Source: Candidatus Parcubacteria bacterium (GTDB lineage Bacteria > Patescibacteriota > Patescibacteriia > UBA1558 > GWA2-36-10). From it: a stretch of 64,000 nt of DNA. The stretch is taken from assembly GCA_018664825.1 (NCBI GenBank), contig JABJNO010000002.1:14068-78067 (forward strand), written 5' to 3'. Position numbers and translations under genes: made by a program. Shown here one piece after another: positions 9,868 through 18,547 of this stretch (positions are counted from its first letter, which is position 1; each line of letters opens with the position of its first letter). The notes beneath the pieces are model-generated. The model was not told the origin of the DNA and made no database searches. It saw nothing but the letters and a program-made list of their open reading frames with translations.

Positions 9868-10677
9868 TTAAGTTAATTTAATTGTTTTTGATTTAATTTT
9901 TCTACCCAAAAATTTTTCAGCGGCTATATCAAATTTTTCTGTACTATTGGTTGTCAAAAATTTCCTAATCGGCTCACCCGTAGCTGGAGATACTATATTA
10001 GGATGATTTTCCAAATACTCTATCCATTTTTTGGCAACTACTTTACCACTGTCCAATACTTTTGTATTGTCGCCAAAGAAATTTTGAATAGCATTTTGAA
10101 GAAATCCATAATGAGTACAACCCAAGACCACTACGTCTGGCTCCTCTTTTTTGATGGGTCTCATATATTCCATCAAAACTATACTGGTCTCTGGAGAATT
10201 TTCTTTTGACTGCTCTATCAGTGGCACCAAAAGTGGGCAGGCCTGTTGGATGACTTTTATATTTCTATCTATATTTTCAAACTCCTCCACATAAGTACCA
10301 GACTCTACTGTGCTGGTCGTACCCAAAACGGCTACTTTAGAATTTTTTGACAACTCGCCCACCTCTTCAGCCAATGGCCTGATTACTCCCAAAACATTTT
10401 TACCTTTATGATGTTTTGGTAAATACTCTTGCTGTATTTTTCTCAGAGCTAAAGCTGAGGCTGTGTTGCAAGCCAAAATTATCAAATCACAATCATGTGA
10501 AAATAAATAATCAACTGCCTGAGTTGTATATTTGTATATTATACTCTGACTACGCTCTCCATAAGGAGTCCTAGCATTATCCCCCAAATAAACAAAATCA
10601 TGTTGAGGTAATTTTTTCTCAATTTCCTTAAAGATTGTAAGTCCGCCATATCCACTGTCAAAAATTCCAATCATCAA
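9868..10677 (-). CDS. murI: Glutamate racemase
   Basis: IGIFDSGYGGLTIF N-terminal motif and the second catalytic Cys region (VLGCTHYGFL). Confidence 0.8.
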   Translation of the reverse strand: MMIGIFDSGYGGLTIFKEIEKKLPQHDFVYLGDNARTPYGERSQSIIYKYTTQAVDYLFSHDCDLIILACNTASALALRKIQQEYLPKHHKGKNVLGVIRPLAEEVGELSKNSKVAVLGTTSTVESGTYVEEFENIDRNIKVIQQACPLLVPLIEQSKENSPETSIVLMEYMRPIKKEEPDVVVLGCTHYGFLQNAIQNFFGDNTKVLDSGKVVAKKWIEYLENHPNIVSPATGEPIRKFLTTNSTEKFDIAAEKFLGRKIKSKTIKLT

Positions 10678-11433
10678 TTATTCTTTATTTTTACCCATTC
10701 CTTCAAAGGCTCGTAAGATTTCTAGAGGTAAAGCAAATATTACTGTGTTTGATTGATCAGAAGATAAGTCATTGACTGACTGCAAAGTACGTAAATGCAA
10801 AGCACCTCTACTACCCGCCAATGTCTTGGCAGCTTTGGCCATATTTTCGGCAGCCATTACTTCACCCTGCGCCTTGATAATCACAGCTCTTTTTTCACGC
10901 TCTGCTTCTGCTTGTTTGGCAATTGTACGTTGCATATCTTTTGGAAGCTCAATATGTTTCAAATCAACTGAAACAACTTTGATTCCCCATGGATCAGTAG
11001 CAACATCAACAATTGTCTGAATACGTTGAGAAATTTGATCACGCTTGGTCAATAATTCATCCAAGTCTACTTCACCAACTACATCTCTCATGGTAGTTTG
11101 AGCCAATTGAGACACAGCATAATAAAAATGTTCTACCTCTAAAATAGCCCTATCAACAGACACTACTTTATAATAAAGCACTGCGTTGACATTGACTGAC
11201 ACATTATCTTTGGTGATTGCATCTTGATCAGGCACATCTACTGCCTTGACCCTGATGTCTACCTTGGTCATTGATTGAAAAATTGGAAAAATCAATCGCC
11301 AACCTGGTTCAACTGTTCTTTTGTATTTACCCAATTGAAATTTTAATCCTCTTTCATATTGATTGACCTGTCTAATAGAGATCAACAATACAAAAAGTAT
11401 AAAACCGATTACGATTACAAAAAATACTCCCAT
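10678..11433 (-). CDS. SPFH/band-7 (stomatin/prohibitin-like) membrane protein
   Basis: N-terminal TM segment, then an SPFH core (QYERGLKFQLGKY...VDIRV) and a C-terminal coiled-coil AEAEREKRA region. Confidence 0.75.
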   Translation of the reverse strand: MGVFFVIVIGFILFVLLISIRQVNQYERGLKFQLGKYKRTVEPGWRLIFPIFQSMTKVDIRVKAVDVPDQDAITKDNVSVNVNAVLYYKVVSVDRAILEVEHFYYAVSQLAQTTMRDVVGEVDLDELLTKRDQISQRIQTIVDVATDPWGIKVVSVDLKHIELPKDMQRTIAKQAEAEREKRAVIIKAQGEVMAAENMAKAAKTLAGSRGALHLRTLQSVNDLSSDQSNTVIFALPLEILRAFEGMGKNKE

Positions 11434-11442
11434 ATTATTATT

Positions 11443-12813
11443 TTAATTATTTAATATATCCAAAATCTCTTTTTGGTGATTTTTGAGCTCAGCTTCTGCG
11501 TTGGCCTCAACGGTAATACGTAACAATGGCTCAGTATTTGAAGCTCGAACATTGAACCACCAATCCTCAAACTCTACGGTGATGCCGTCCATCTCATCCA
11601 ATATATTGGCTCCATAATTTTGTCTAATCTTTTCCAGACTAGCTTCTATATCTGCTACCTCTATATTTATTTCGTCACCTCTGACATATAGGCGGTATTC
11701 TTTGATAATCTCTGAAAGCGGACGACCATCTTCGGTCATGGTTTGTAATACCAATATCAGTGCTATAAAAGCATTGTCGGCATAATAATTGTCTCTAAAG
11801 GCAAAATGAGCTGACACTTCACCACTCATGATTCCGCCTTGTTCGCGCATATGTCTAGCCAAATTACGATAACCAACTTCACTACGGATTGGTTGACCGC
11901 CCCATTTGGCTACCAAATCTTTGACCGCATGAGAACATACTACGTTGTAGGCTATGCCCATGCCAGGAAAACGCTCCAACATAGGTTTGGCGAGTAGCAA
12001 CAATATCATGTCACCGGTAATAAAATTGCCTTTTTCATCTACCAAAAACATCCTATCACCATCTACATCAAAAATAACTCCCAGGTTTGCTTTTTCTTTG
12101 AGTACTTTTTCTGTTAGTTTATCGGCGGCACCATCGACGAGTGGATTTGGTGGACGATTTGGAAAACTACCATCCAAGTCTTTGAATATATGCACAAGTT
12201 TTGGAGGCATTTGATAAAATAAGCCTGGGATCAAAAGTCCGTTCATGCCATTGCCGGTATCTACTACAACTTTAAAATCTTTGAGTTTTCTATAATCAAC
12301 AAAAGATAAAATATGCTTGATGTGTTCTTCAATAATTTCTTTTTTGTTAATTTTGCCTTTTGACTTTGGATCTTTGATTGGAAATTTTATTTTTTCCATT
12401 TCTTCCAAAAGCTCTTTGCCTCCAATAAAACGAATATTGTCTCTAGTCTCTGGATCAATATAAGTCATCTTGAAACCTCCGTATTCTGGTGGGTTGTGAG
12501 AGGCAGTAATCATCATCCCGCCGTCATATTTGTAATAACCATTGGCAAAATAAAAATCATTGATAGACATCAGGCCATAGTAATCTACCTCTACACCATA
12601 TTCCATAAATACGCTCATGATTGCTTCTTTGATGGGCAGCGAAGACTGTCTAATGTCTCTACCTATACAAATTTTCAAGTCCTTGATCGGTTTGTTCATT
12701 TGATGAGAAACAACCCTTAGAAATGTCTGAGCAATAAATTTGGCTGCCTTTTCATCCAAGTCTTTTGGATAAACCCCCCTAATATCGTATGATCGGAAAA
12801 TATCTCTGTTCAT
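11443..12813 (-). CDS. Phosphomannomutase/phosphoglucomutase
   Basis: Active-site TASHNPPEYGGFK, metal-binding DGDGDR-like FDVDGDR, 456 aa. Confidence 0.8.
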   Translation of the reverse strand: MNRDIFRSYDIRGVYPKDLDEKAAKFIAQTFLRVVSHQMNKPIKDLKICIGRDIRQSSLPIKEAIMSVFMEYGVEVDYYGLMSINDFYFANGYYKYDGGMMITASHNPPEYGGFKMTYIDPETRDNIRFIGGKELLEEMEKIKFPIKDPKSKGKINKKEIIEEHIKHILSFVDYRKLKDFKVVVDTGNGMNGLLIPGLFYQMPPKLVHIFKDLDGSFPNRPPNPLVDGAADKLTEKVLKEKANLGVIFDVDGDRMFLVDEKGNFITGDMILLLLAKPMLERFPGMGIAYNVVCSHAVKDLVAKWGGQPIRSEVGYRNLARHMREQGGIMSGEVSAHFAFRDNYYADNAFIALILVLQTMTEDGRPLSEIIKEYRLYVRGDEINIEVADIEASLEKIRQNYGANILDEMDGITVEFEDWWFNVRASNTEPLLRITVEANAEAELKNHQKEILDILNN

Positions 12814-12817
12814 TTTT

Positions 12818-13948
12818 TTATTTCTTAGACTTTATAAAATAACTTACAAAAGTACCAAGGGCTAACAAGAAAATAATCACAGCAAAGATGGTTCCGATAA
12901 ATGGAATCTGTCCAAGTAGCATATAAACAAATACACCAATTGCTAAGATATTTATCTTTGCTATTTTCTTTTTCTCAAAAAACTTACTCTTGATAAATTG
13001 ACCAGTCAACCAAGCAGCCACTACTTTGGCTAGATACAAAAGCATCAACCAAGTAACAAACAATAAACCAGCCATTGGTATACCAATAACAGTAATCAAT
13101 AATATAATACAGATAATAGGAACAACAATCAAAAACAATAAGCCTTTTAGGAAAGTAGGTACTGTGTTCTTATAAGCTTTGTCATAGGCCTTGCCAAACA
13201 TTTTTGGCCAGAGATAAAGAAATACCATACCAACCACCAATAAACCAAAGAATTTGATGAGTAAGCTAGTAGCTTTACTTGTCCAAGGCTTGGCTTTTTT
13301 ATCTTCTAGTTTTTCAAAAAGTGGTCCACCTTTGATGACCGCATTTGGATTGATAGCTAGCTCCTTCCAAGCACGATAATGCAAGGCACCATTGATAAAG
13401 GCTTGATCCTCAATATTTACATTACCTTCTTTTGTATTTTCCAAATAAACATCTACATTTTTACCAACTGTACCACTCAATGACAAGCTATCCATACCAC
13501 CTTCAACCTGTCCGTTTACTTGTCCACGTAGACTCAAAGCCTGTCCCCAAAAAGTAAGATGTCCATCCAAAATACTCTCTGGATCCAATTTTAAATTTTG
13601 ACCAAAAGACAAAACATTGTCCCGGACATATCCTGAGACACTCATATGTTGACCCGCAAATCGAACCGAGCCATTGATCTTACCTTTGATAGTAATACTT
13701 TCACCAGCAGCAAAAATATCGCCATTGATGTTTTCTGAATCAATTGTAATGTTTTTACCAGCTAAAAATAAATCACCATTGACTGTGCCGTAAATTTCTA
13801 TGGTCTGTCCAGCAGCATAATAATTGCTGTCTATTACGGTATCTGCTCCCAACAAAACATTGTCACCATTGTGAGTTTCTATGGCCAATACTGATAAAGG
13901 CAATAAAAACAGAAAAGACGCTAATAAAATCTTTATTTTTCGAGACAT
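12818..13948 (-). CDS. Signal-peptide protein with an extracytoplasmic beta-helix repeat domain (bactofilin/DUF4097-like) and a C-terminal multi-TM anchor
   Basis: N-terminal signal-like segment, then repeated GDxxxxGxxIxIxG units (NGDNVLLGADTVID..., NGDLFLAGKNITID..., NGDIFAAGESITIKG...), then three or more hydrophobic helices. Confidence 0.5.
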   Translation of the reverse strand: MSRKIKILLASFLFLLPLSVLAIETHNGDNVLLGADTVIDSNYYAAGQTIEIYGTVNGDLFLAGKNITIDSENINGDIFAAGESITIKGKINGSVRFAGQHMSVSGYVRDNVLSFGQNLKLDPESILDGHLTFWGQALSLRGQVNGQVEGGMDSLSLSGTVGKNVDVYLENTKEGNVNIEDQAFINGALHYRAWKELAINPNAVIKGGPLFEKLEDKKAKPWTSKATSLLIKFFGLLVVGMVFLYLWPKMFGKAYDKAYKNTVPTFLKGLLFLIVVPIICIILLITVIGIPMAGLLFVTWLMLLYLAKVVAAWLTGQFIKSKFFEKKKIAKINILAIGVFVYMLLGQIPFIGTIFAVIIFLLALGTFVSYFIKSKK

Positions 13949-14049
13949 AAGCTACATTGCTTAATAATTAATTATCTACATTTTACCATAAATATGAGGA
14001 AAAATGTAGTAATTGCTATAAGCTAATTTTTGGGCTAAAATAAGGGTAT

Positions 14050-14598
14050 ATGAATGGCTTTGAAGGACAATCTAAAGAAAATGTATCTTATCCTGAAAAT
14101 TTGACCCCCCAGGATATAGCCTTGGTATATAGACAATGCGAAATCCAGCATGCTACCAGCGTCGAACAGCTAGAGGGTTTTGCCAATGCCTACTCCAAGG
14201 CCAAGGAGCTGGCTCAGACCCGAGAAAAATTAGACCAACTAACTCCAGAACAAATAGAAGGATTGATTTTGGAATTAGGAGCTTTGACAGAAAAAAGAAA
14301 TCAAAAAGGATTCCGGATTGTACCTGTCACATTTGCAAATGGCTCTCGAGCTATAGAGGCAGACAAAATTCCCCGAGCAATCCAAACATTTGCCCAGGGA
14401 TTCAAATCTTTTTTAGAAAACCCCACTGAAGATGAAAGATTAAATACTGTCTTGTTGTACAAACAATTTGAAGAAATCCATCCATTTGAAGATGGTAATG
14501 GTCGAGTCGGTGATCTTTTGTGGAAAATATTGGAAAGCAAAAAAACAAAACAATGGCCAGAAAAATTGCCACCAGACGTCTTTGGTGAAAACAAATAA
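14050..14598 (+). CDS. Fic/Fido-domain protein (short, 182 aa)
   Basis: Near-canonical Fic motif HPFEDGNGRVGD (HxFx[DE]GNGR) close to the C-terminus. The locus is locally GC-elevated. Confidence 0.6.
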   Translation: MNGFEGQSKENVSYPENLTPQDIALVYRQCEIQHATSVEQLEGFANAYSKAKELAQTREKLDQLTPEQIEGLILELGALTEKRNQKGFRIVPVTFANGSRAIEADKIPRAIQTFAQGFKSFLENPTEDERLNTVLLYKQFEEIHPFEDGNGRVGDLLWKILESKKTKQWPEKLPPDVFGENK

Positions 14599-14602
14599 AT
14601 AT

Positions 14603-15316
14603 ATGAATCAAGTAATCTGTAAAAAACTAATAAAAAACTTAGGTGAAGCCAAGACAATTGTAGGGAACTTTGATGCAACTAAGGTGGCCTCCACAAAATC
14701 TATAGAGGCTAGAAATAGATTGGTTTTTTTATTGGATGAAATAAAATTTTTATTATTGAACAAAGAGTTTTCTAAGCGATATCCTGGAGCCATGATAGAA
14801 AAAATAGACCCAAATAAAATTCCCTCGAACATAATGGATTCATTTGAACATCAAAGTACCATGTATATCCATCCCGATGATTATGAAAAAGGAAATTTTA
14901 TACAATTTTATATTATTCATCGGGTCGACCCTCCTTATACTACCTATGTAGCCGAACAAGATAAAATAATTGATAAAGATGAAAAAGAAGAGATGACTGA
15001 CAAGCTGCATTATTTTATAGATAACCCCGACGACCTGGGGGCCAAAAAGTTAGATGAAATTAGGTTTATCATAGACAATGATAGCTCTTATTTCAAAAAT
15101 AAACCTTTTACTTTTTTTTCAAAAAATGGCACCGATAGATTAAAACTAATGAATGCTTTTTGCCAATCAAGACTAGGACTACCTATGTACTCGGGTACTA
15201 TGTTAGAAGATGAAGAACATGAATTTTGGAAAGAGCTAGTAGAAGAAGGGCTAGCCCAACAATACGAAGAAGAGTCTGGAAGAGATTTAAAAACTAGATA
15301 CAAATTTAAAGATTAA
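14603..15316 (+). CDS. Hypothetical protein
   Basis: The ATG lies 5 nt after the Fic stop codon (the ORF-track N-terminal extension overlaps fic). Acidic C-terminus. No recognised domain. Confidence 0.45.
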   Translation: MNQVICKKLIKNLGEAKTIVGNFDATKVASTKSIEARNRLVFLLDEIKFLLLNKEFSKRYPGAMIEKIDPNKIPSNIMDSFEHQSTMYIHPDDYEKGNFIQFYIIHRVDPPYTTYVAEQDKIIDKDEKEEMTDKLHYFIDNPDDLGAKKLDEIRFIIDNDSSYFKNKPFTFFSKNGTDRLKLMNAFCQSRLGLPMYSGTMLEDEEHEFWKELVEEGLAQQYEEESGRDLKTRYKFKD

Positions 15317-15320
15317 AATT

Positions 15321-15596
15321 ATGAGAACACCAGAAACAGCCCCTGAAAATAGGGAACTCATCGATCTAGGCAATGAATTAGATCGATTACAAGCCCAAGA
15401 AAACCAAGGCCGAGGCATTAGCTGTGTCAAAACAGTAATTGCTTATTTGAAGATGGGCAAGCTAGAAGAGGCTCGCACTGTTTGTCATACCGAACATGAC
15501 AAAATAGTCAGCTACCCTGAAATAAAAAAATTTATAAAAGAAAACCTATTCAAAGGAATGGAAAATCATCCCTGGAAATTTCTCGATAGTTTATAA
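15321..15596 (+). CDS. Hypothetical small protein (91 aa)
   Basis: ORF 4 nt after the previous stop, probably the third gene of the same transcription unit. Confidence 0.4.
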   Translation: MRTPETAPENRELIDLGNELDRLQAQENQGRGISCVKTVIAYLKMGKLEEARTVCHTEHDKIVSYPEIKKFIKENLFKGMENHPWKFLDSL

Positions 15597-15654
15597 AAAT
15601 AAAAAGACCTACTAAACAGTAGATCATAATATAAAAAACTCAATTTATTAAAAG

Positions 15655-16347
15655 TTAAAACCGAGCCTTTCTTTTTGGTTTTTGAACAAGGCAATTTATA
15701 TTCCATTTTGTTTTGTAGATTCCCTTTGGACTCAATACAAATCCCGTCTTACCCAGTGACTCTACTAGTTCATTGGTAGTAAAGCTATGATAAAATCTAT
15801 ATACCACCTCTCCGTTGTTTAGCTTCCATGGAATATAAAAATCACTCCATGAATTTTTTTTCAAAAAGTTCTTGAAAAAATATTTCATATACTTTTTTTG
15901 CCACAGATTCCAGTTTGTCATAAAAAGATAGCCTCCTGGCTTGAGCCATTTGTTTACTCTATAAAGTAGCTTTAACCTTTCGACTCTATTTGGCAAATGA
16001 TGAAAGCTGGCAATCATCAAAACCATATCCATGCTTTCGGGTGGAAAATCTATCCTAGCCATATCATGTACCTTAAAATGAGCTTTGGGATGTTTTATTC
16101 TAGCTTGTTTTATCAGCTCTTCACTAAAATCAACACCCATATAATGATATTTTGTGTCCGTATCTTTGAGTAGATTGAGGATACGCCCATTACCACAACC
16201 AAGGTCTAGTATCTTGTCTTGATCCTTTATATATGGTATAAAGATTTGTAATTCCTCCCAAGGAAAAACACGGGAAGCAGAAAACTCCCCTGAAATCAGA
16301 TTATAAACTTTTTGTAAATTATTTTTGATCAAATCACTTTTATCCAT
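15655..16347 (-). CDS. Class I SAM-dependent methyltransferase, Trm9/ALKBH8-like (candidate tRNA cm5U34 methyltransferase)
   Basis: Motif I ILDLGCGNGRIL. Trm9-type motifs IASFHHLPNRVERL (compare Trm9 AVVHHWSTRERR), IPW, and the C-terminal YRFYHSFTTNELVE (compare Trm9 YRFYH..GELEE). The start is taken at the internal Met (MDKSDLIKNN); the longer ORF-track extension overlaps the divergent elp3. Confidence 0.6.
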   Translation of the reverse strand: MDKSDLIKNNLQKVYNLISGEFSASRVFPWEELQIFIPYIKDQDKILDLGCGNGRILNLLKDTDTKYHYMGVDFSEELIKQARIKHPKAHFKVHDMARIDFPPESMDMVLMIASFHHLPNRVERLKLLYRVNKWLKPGGYLFMTNWNLWQKKYMKYFFKNFLKKNSWSDFYIPWKLNNGEVVYRFYHSFTTNELVESLGKTGFVLSPKGIYKTKWNINCLVQKPKRKARF

Positions 16348-16348
16348 A

Positions 16349-17959
16349 ATGGAAAATAATAAAGAAAAATTATTAGAAAAAATAGTCCTCGAGCTGGCTG
16401 ATAAAAAATATCCAGTTGATTTAGATTTTATGAAAGCCTCACGACAAGTATTTAGTAAATACAAGCTCACTCCTGTACCAAAATCTGAACTCATTAAAGT
16501 ATATCGCAGATTGACCAAAGAGGGCAAATTGAAATCCGACAAAAGGTTTACCCAGCTCCTCGTCAAACGAGCGGTGCGCTCACTTTCTGGTGTTTCTGTC
16601 ATCACCGTCTTGTCAAAACCATTTGTCTGTCCAGGCAAGTGTGTCTACTGCCCAACTGAACCAGACATGCCAAAGAGCTATTTATCAAATGAGCCAGCTG
16701 CAGCTCGTGCCAAAATAAATCTTTTTTCTCCAATCAGGCAGGTAACCATGCGCATCAAGGCACTAGAAAACAATGGCCATCTAGTAGACAAGCTAGAGGT
16801 GCTGGTCTTGGGTGGTACCTGGTCTGTTTATCCAAGTAAATACCAAGATGACTTTATAAGAGATTTGTTTTTTGCTGCCAATACTTATGGAGAAGATAAA
16901 AAACGTGATCCACTGACCCTAGAAGAAGAACAAGCTATAAACGAAACAACCAAATACAAAATAATCGGCCTAACCCTAGAAACTCGTCCTGATTATATAA
17001 ATGAAACTGAAATAAAAAAACTTCGTCGTCTCGGTACTACTCGAGTTCAAATCGGAGTCCAGCATACTGACAACAAAATACTAGATTTGATAGTACGTGG
17101 TCACTCTATAGAAGAAAGTATCCGAGCTACCAAAATGCTCAAAGAGGCTGGCTTCAAAGTAGACCATCACTACATGCCCGATCTACCCGGCTCTACACCC
17201 AAAAAAGATTTGGAGATGTTTGAATATGTTTATAGCTCCCAGGACTTACAACCTGACCAAGTAAAAATCTACCCCTGCGTGGTCAATGAATATGCCGAGC
17301 TATATGATTGGTACAAAAAAGGTAAATACAAACCTTATTCTGAGAGTGAGCTTTTGGAATTATTGCTAAAAATAAAAATCATAACTCCTCCTTATGTCAG
17401 AATAAACAGGTTGATACGAGACATACCCGAAGAAAGTATTATAGCCGGAAACAAAATCACAAACCTACGACAATATTTACAAAATGAATTACAAAAACGT
17501 AATCAATCTTGCCAATGCCTGCGTTGTCGCGAAGTCCGTGGTGATTCCCAAGACGCAGACAAGGCTATTTTGGTAAAAAGAGAGTACAAAGCTTCTGATG
17601 GACAAGAAATATTTTTGAGCTACGAAAGTCCTGACAACAAAAAGGTCTATGCTTTTTTGAGACTTCGTATAAATGAAAATCCAAAAGAAAATATTTTCCC
17701 TGAACTAAAAAATGCCTCTATAGTCAGAGAGCTACACGTCTATGGTCAGATGATACCAGTCTATAGTGAAGACCAGGATGATGAAGTCTCTCAAACCCAG
17801 CACTTGGGCCTAGGTAAAAAGCTAATGGCTGAAGCAGAAAAAATAACTAAAGAAACCAAACTAAATAAAGTAGCCGTTATCTCTGGGATTGGAGTCCGAA
17901 ATTATTATAAAAAACTTGGGTACCAACTAGAGGGTACATATATGACCAAGTCTTTATAA
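16349..17959 (+). CDS. elp3: Elongator protein 3 homolog (radical SAM + C-terminal GNAT; tRNA uridine34 carboxymethyl transferase)
   Basis: The radical-SAM cysteine cluster SKPFVCPGKCVYCP is embedded in an Elp3-specific context. The C-terminal GNAT domain (...HLGLGKKLMAEAEK...GIGVRNYYKKLGYQLEGTYM) is also Elp3-like. The length from this start is 536 aa. Confidence 0.8.
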   Translation: MENNKEKLLEKIVLELADKKYPVDLDFMKASRQVFSKYKLTPVPKSELIKVYRRLTKEGKLKSDKRFTQLLVKRAVRSLSGVSVITVLSKPFVCPGKCVYCPTEPDMPKSYLSNEPAAARAKINLFSPIRQVTMRIKALENNGHLVDKLEVLVLGGTWSVYPSKYQDDFIRDLFFAANTYGEDKKRDPLTLEEEQAINETTKYKIIGLTLETRPDYINETEIKKLRRLGTTRVQIGVQHTDNKILDLIVRGHSIEESIRATKMLKEAGFKVDHHYMPDLPGSTPKKDLEMFEYVYSSQDLQPDQVKIYPCVVNEYAELYDWYKKGKYKPYSESELLELLLKIKIITPPYVRINRLIRDIPEESIIAGNKITNLRQYLQNELQKRNQSCQCLRCREVRGDSQDADKAILVKREYKASDGQEIFLSYESPDNKKVYAFLRLRINENPKENIFPELKNASIVRELHVYGQMIPVYSEDQDDEVSQTQHLGLGKKLMAEAEKITKETKLNKVAVISGIGVRNYYKKLGYQLEGTYMTKSL

Positions 17960-17988
17960 TTGACAAGGCCCTAAAAATAATATATATT
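17960..17988 (+). promoter_or_regulatory. Near-consensus sigma70 promoter (TTGACA-17-TATATT)
   Basis: TTGACA at 17960-17965 and TATATT at 17983-17988, immediately after the elp3 stop. A strong SD (CCAGGAGG at 18021-18028) lies 7 nt upstream of the GTG at 18036. Confidence 0.55.
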
Positions 17989-18035
17989 ACGTAGTTCGTA
18001 CTTTCCAAATAGCCAACTAACCAGGAGGTTTCCTT

Positions 18036-18500
18036 GTGAAACAAAAGATGAAGATGAAGATCCAAGATGGCGTTGTCTCGTTTGACAGCAGTGATACTCG
18101 AGATGAATTTCTCGGTTTCCTGCGCAAGCTGGCTAGTGATGATCCTCTGATCAGACAAGCAATAATCCCCATCATCGAGCACGAAGGTATCATCCCTGAT
18201 GCTGATATGAGTTTTACGGAACTAGTCCGTAATCTCGGCACCAACATCCACAAAGTTCCTGAAAGAATATTTGCCCTCTGGAATAAGATGCACGGTCAGA
18301 CATCTGACCCTACTAGTAAACATGTGATGAACACTCGTCAAGCCGCTGATTATACCAAACGCGACCCCTCTACCATGGCCCGCCTAGCTCACACAGGCAT
18401 CATCCCCGCCACCAAAATCAAAGGTCGCTGGCAATTTACTCGCCGTTCTCTCAACACCTTCCTAAGCAAACATGGCTATCTAACCTCAGCTCGAGGCTAA
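18036..18500 (+). CDS. Excisionase-family helix-turn-helix DNA-binding protein (GTG start), in a GC-elevated segment
   Basis: The C-terminal 45 aa (RQAADYTKRDPSTMARLAHTGIIPATKIKGRWQFTRRSLNTFL) match the excisionase/MerR-like HTH pattern (..G.IP..KIGRRW.F....L..WL). GC is about 47% against about 33% in the surroundings. Confidence 0.55.
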   Translation: MKQKMKMKIQDGVVSFDSSDTRDEFLGFLRKLASDDPLIRQAIIPIIEHEGIIPDADMSFTELVRNLGTNIHKVPERIFALWNKMHGQTSDPTSKHVMNTRQAADYTKRDPSTMARLAHTGIIPATKIKGRWQFTRRSLNTFLSKHGYLTSARG

Positions 18501-18508
18501 AACAAAAA

Positions 18509-18535
18509 CCCCCGTCAATGAACGGGGGTTTTCTA
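18509..18535. terminator. Bidirectional intrinsic terminator between convergent genes
   Basis: Perfect 7-bp G/C stem cccccgt/acggggg, 6-nt loop, A-run upstream and T-run downstream. Confidence 0.7.
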
Positions 18536-18547
18536 TTTTACAAAATT

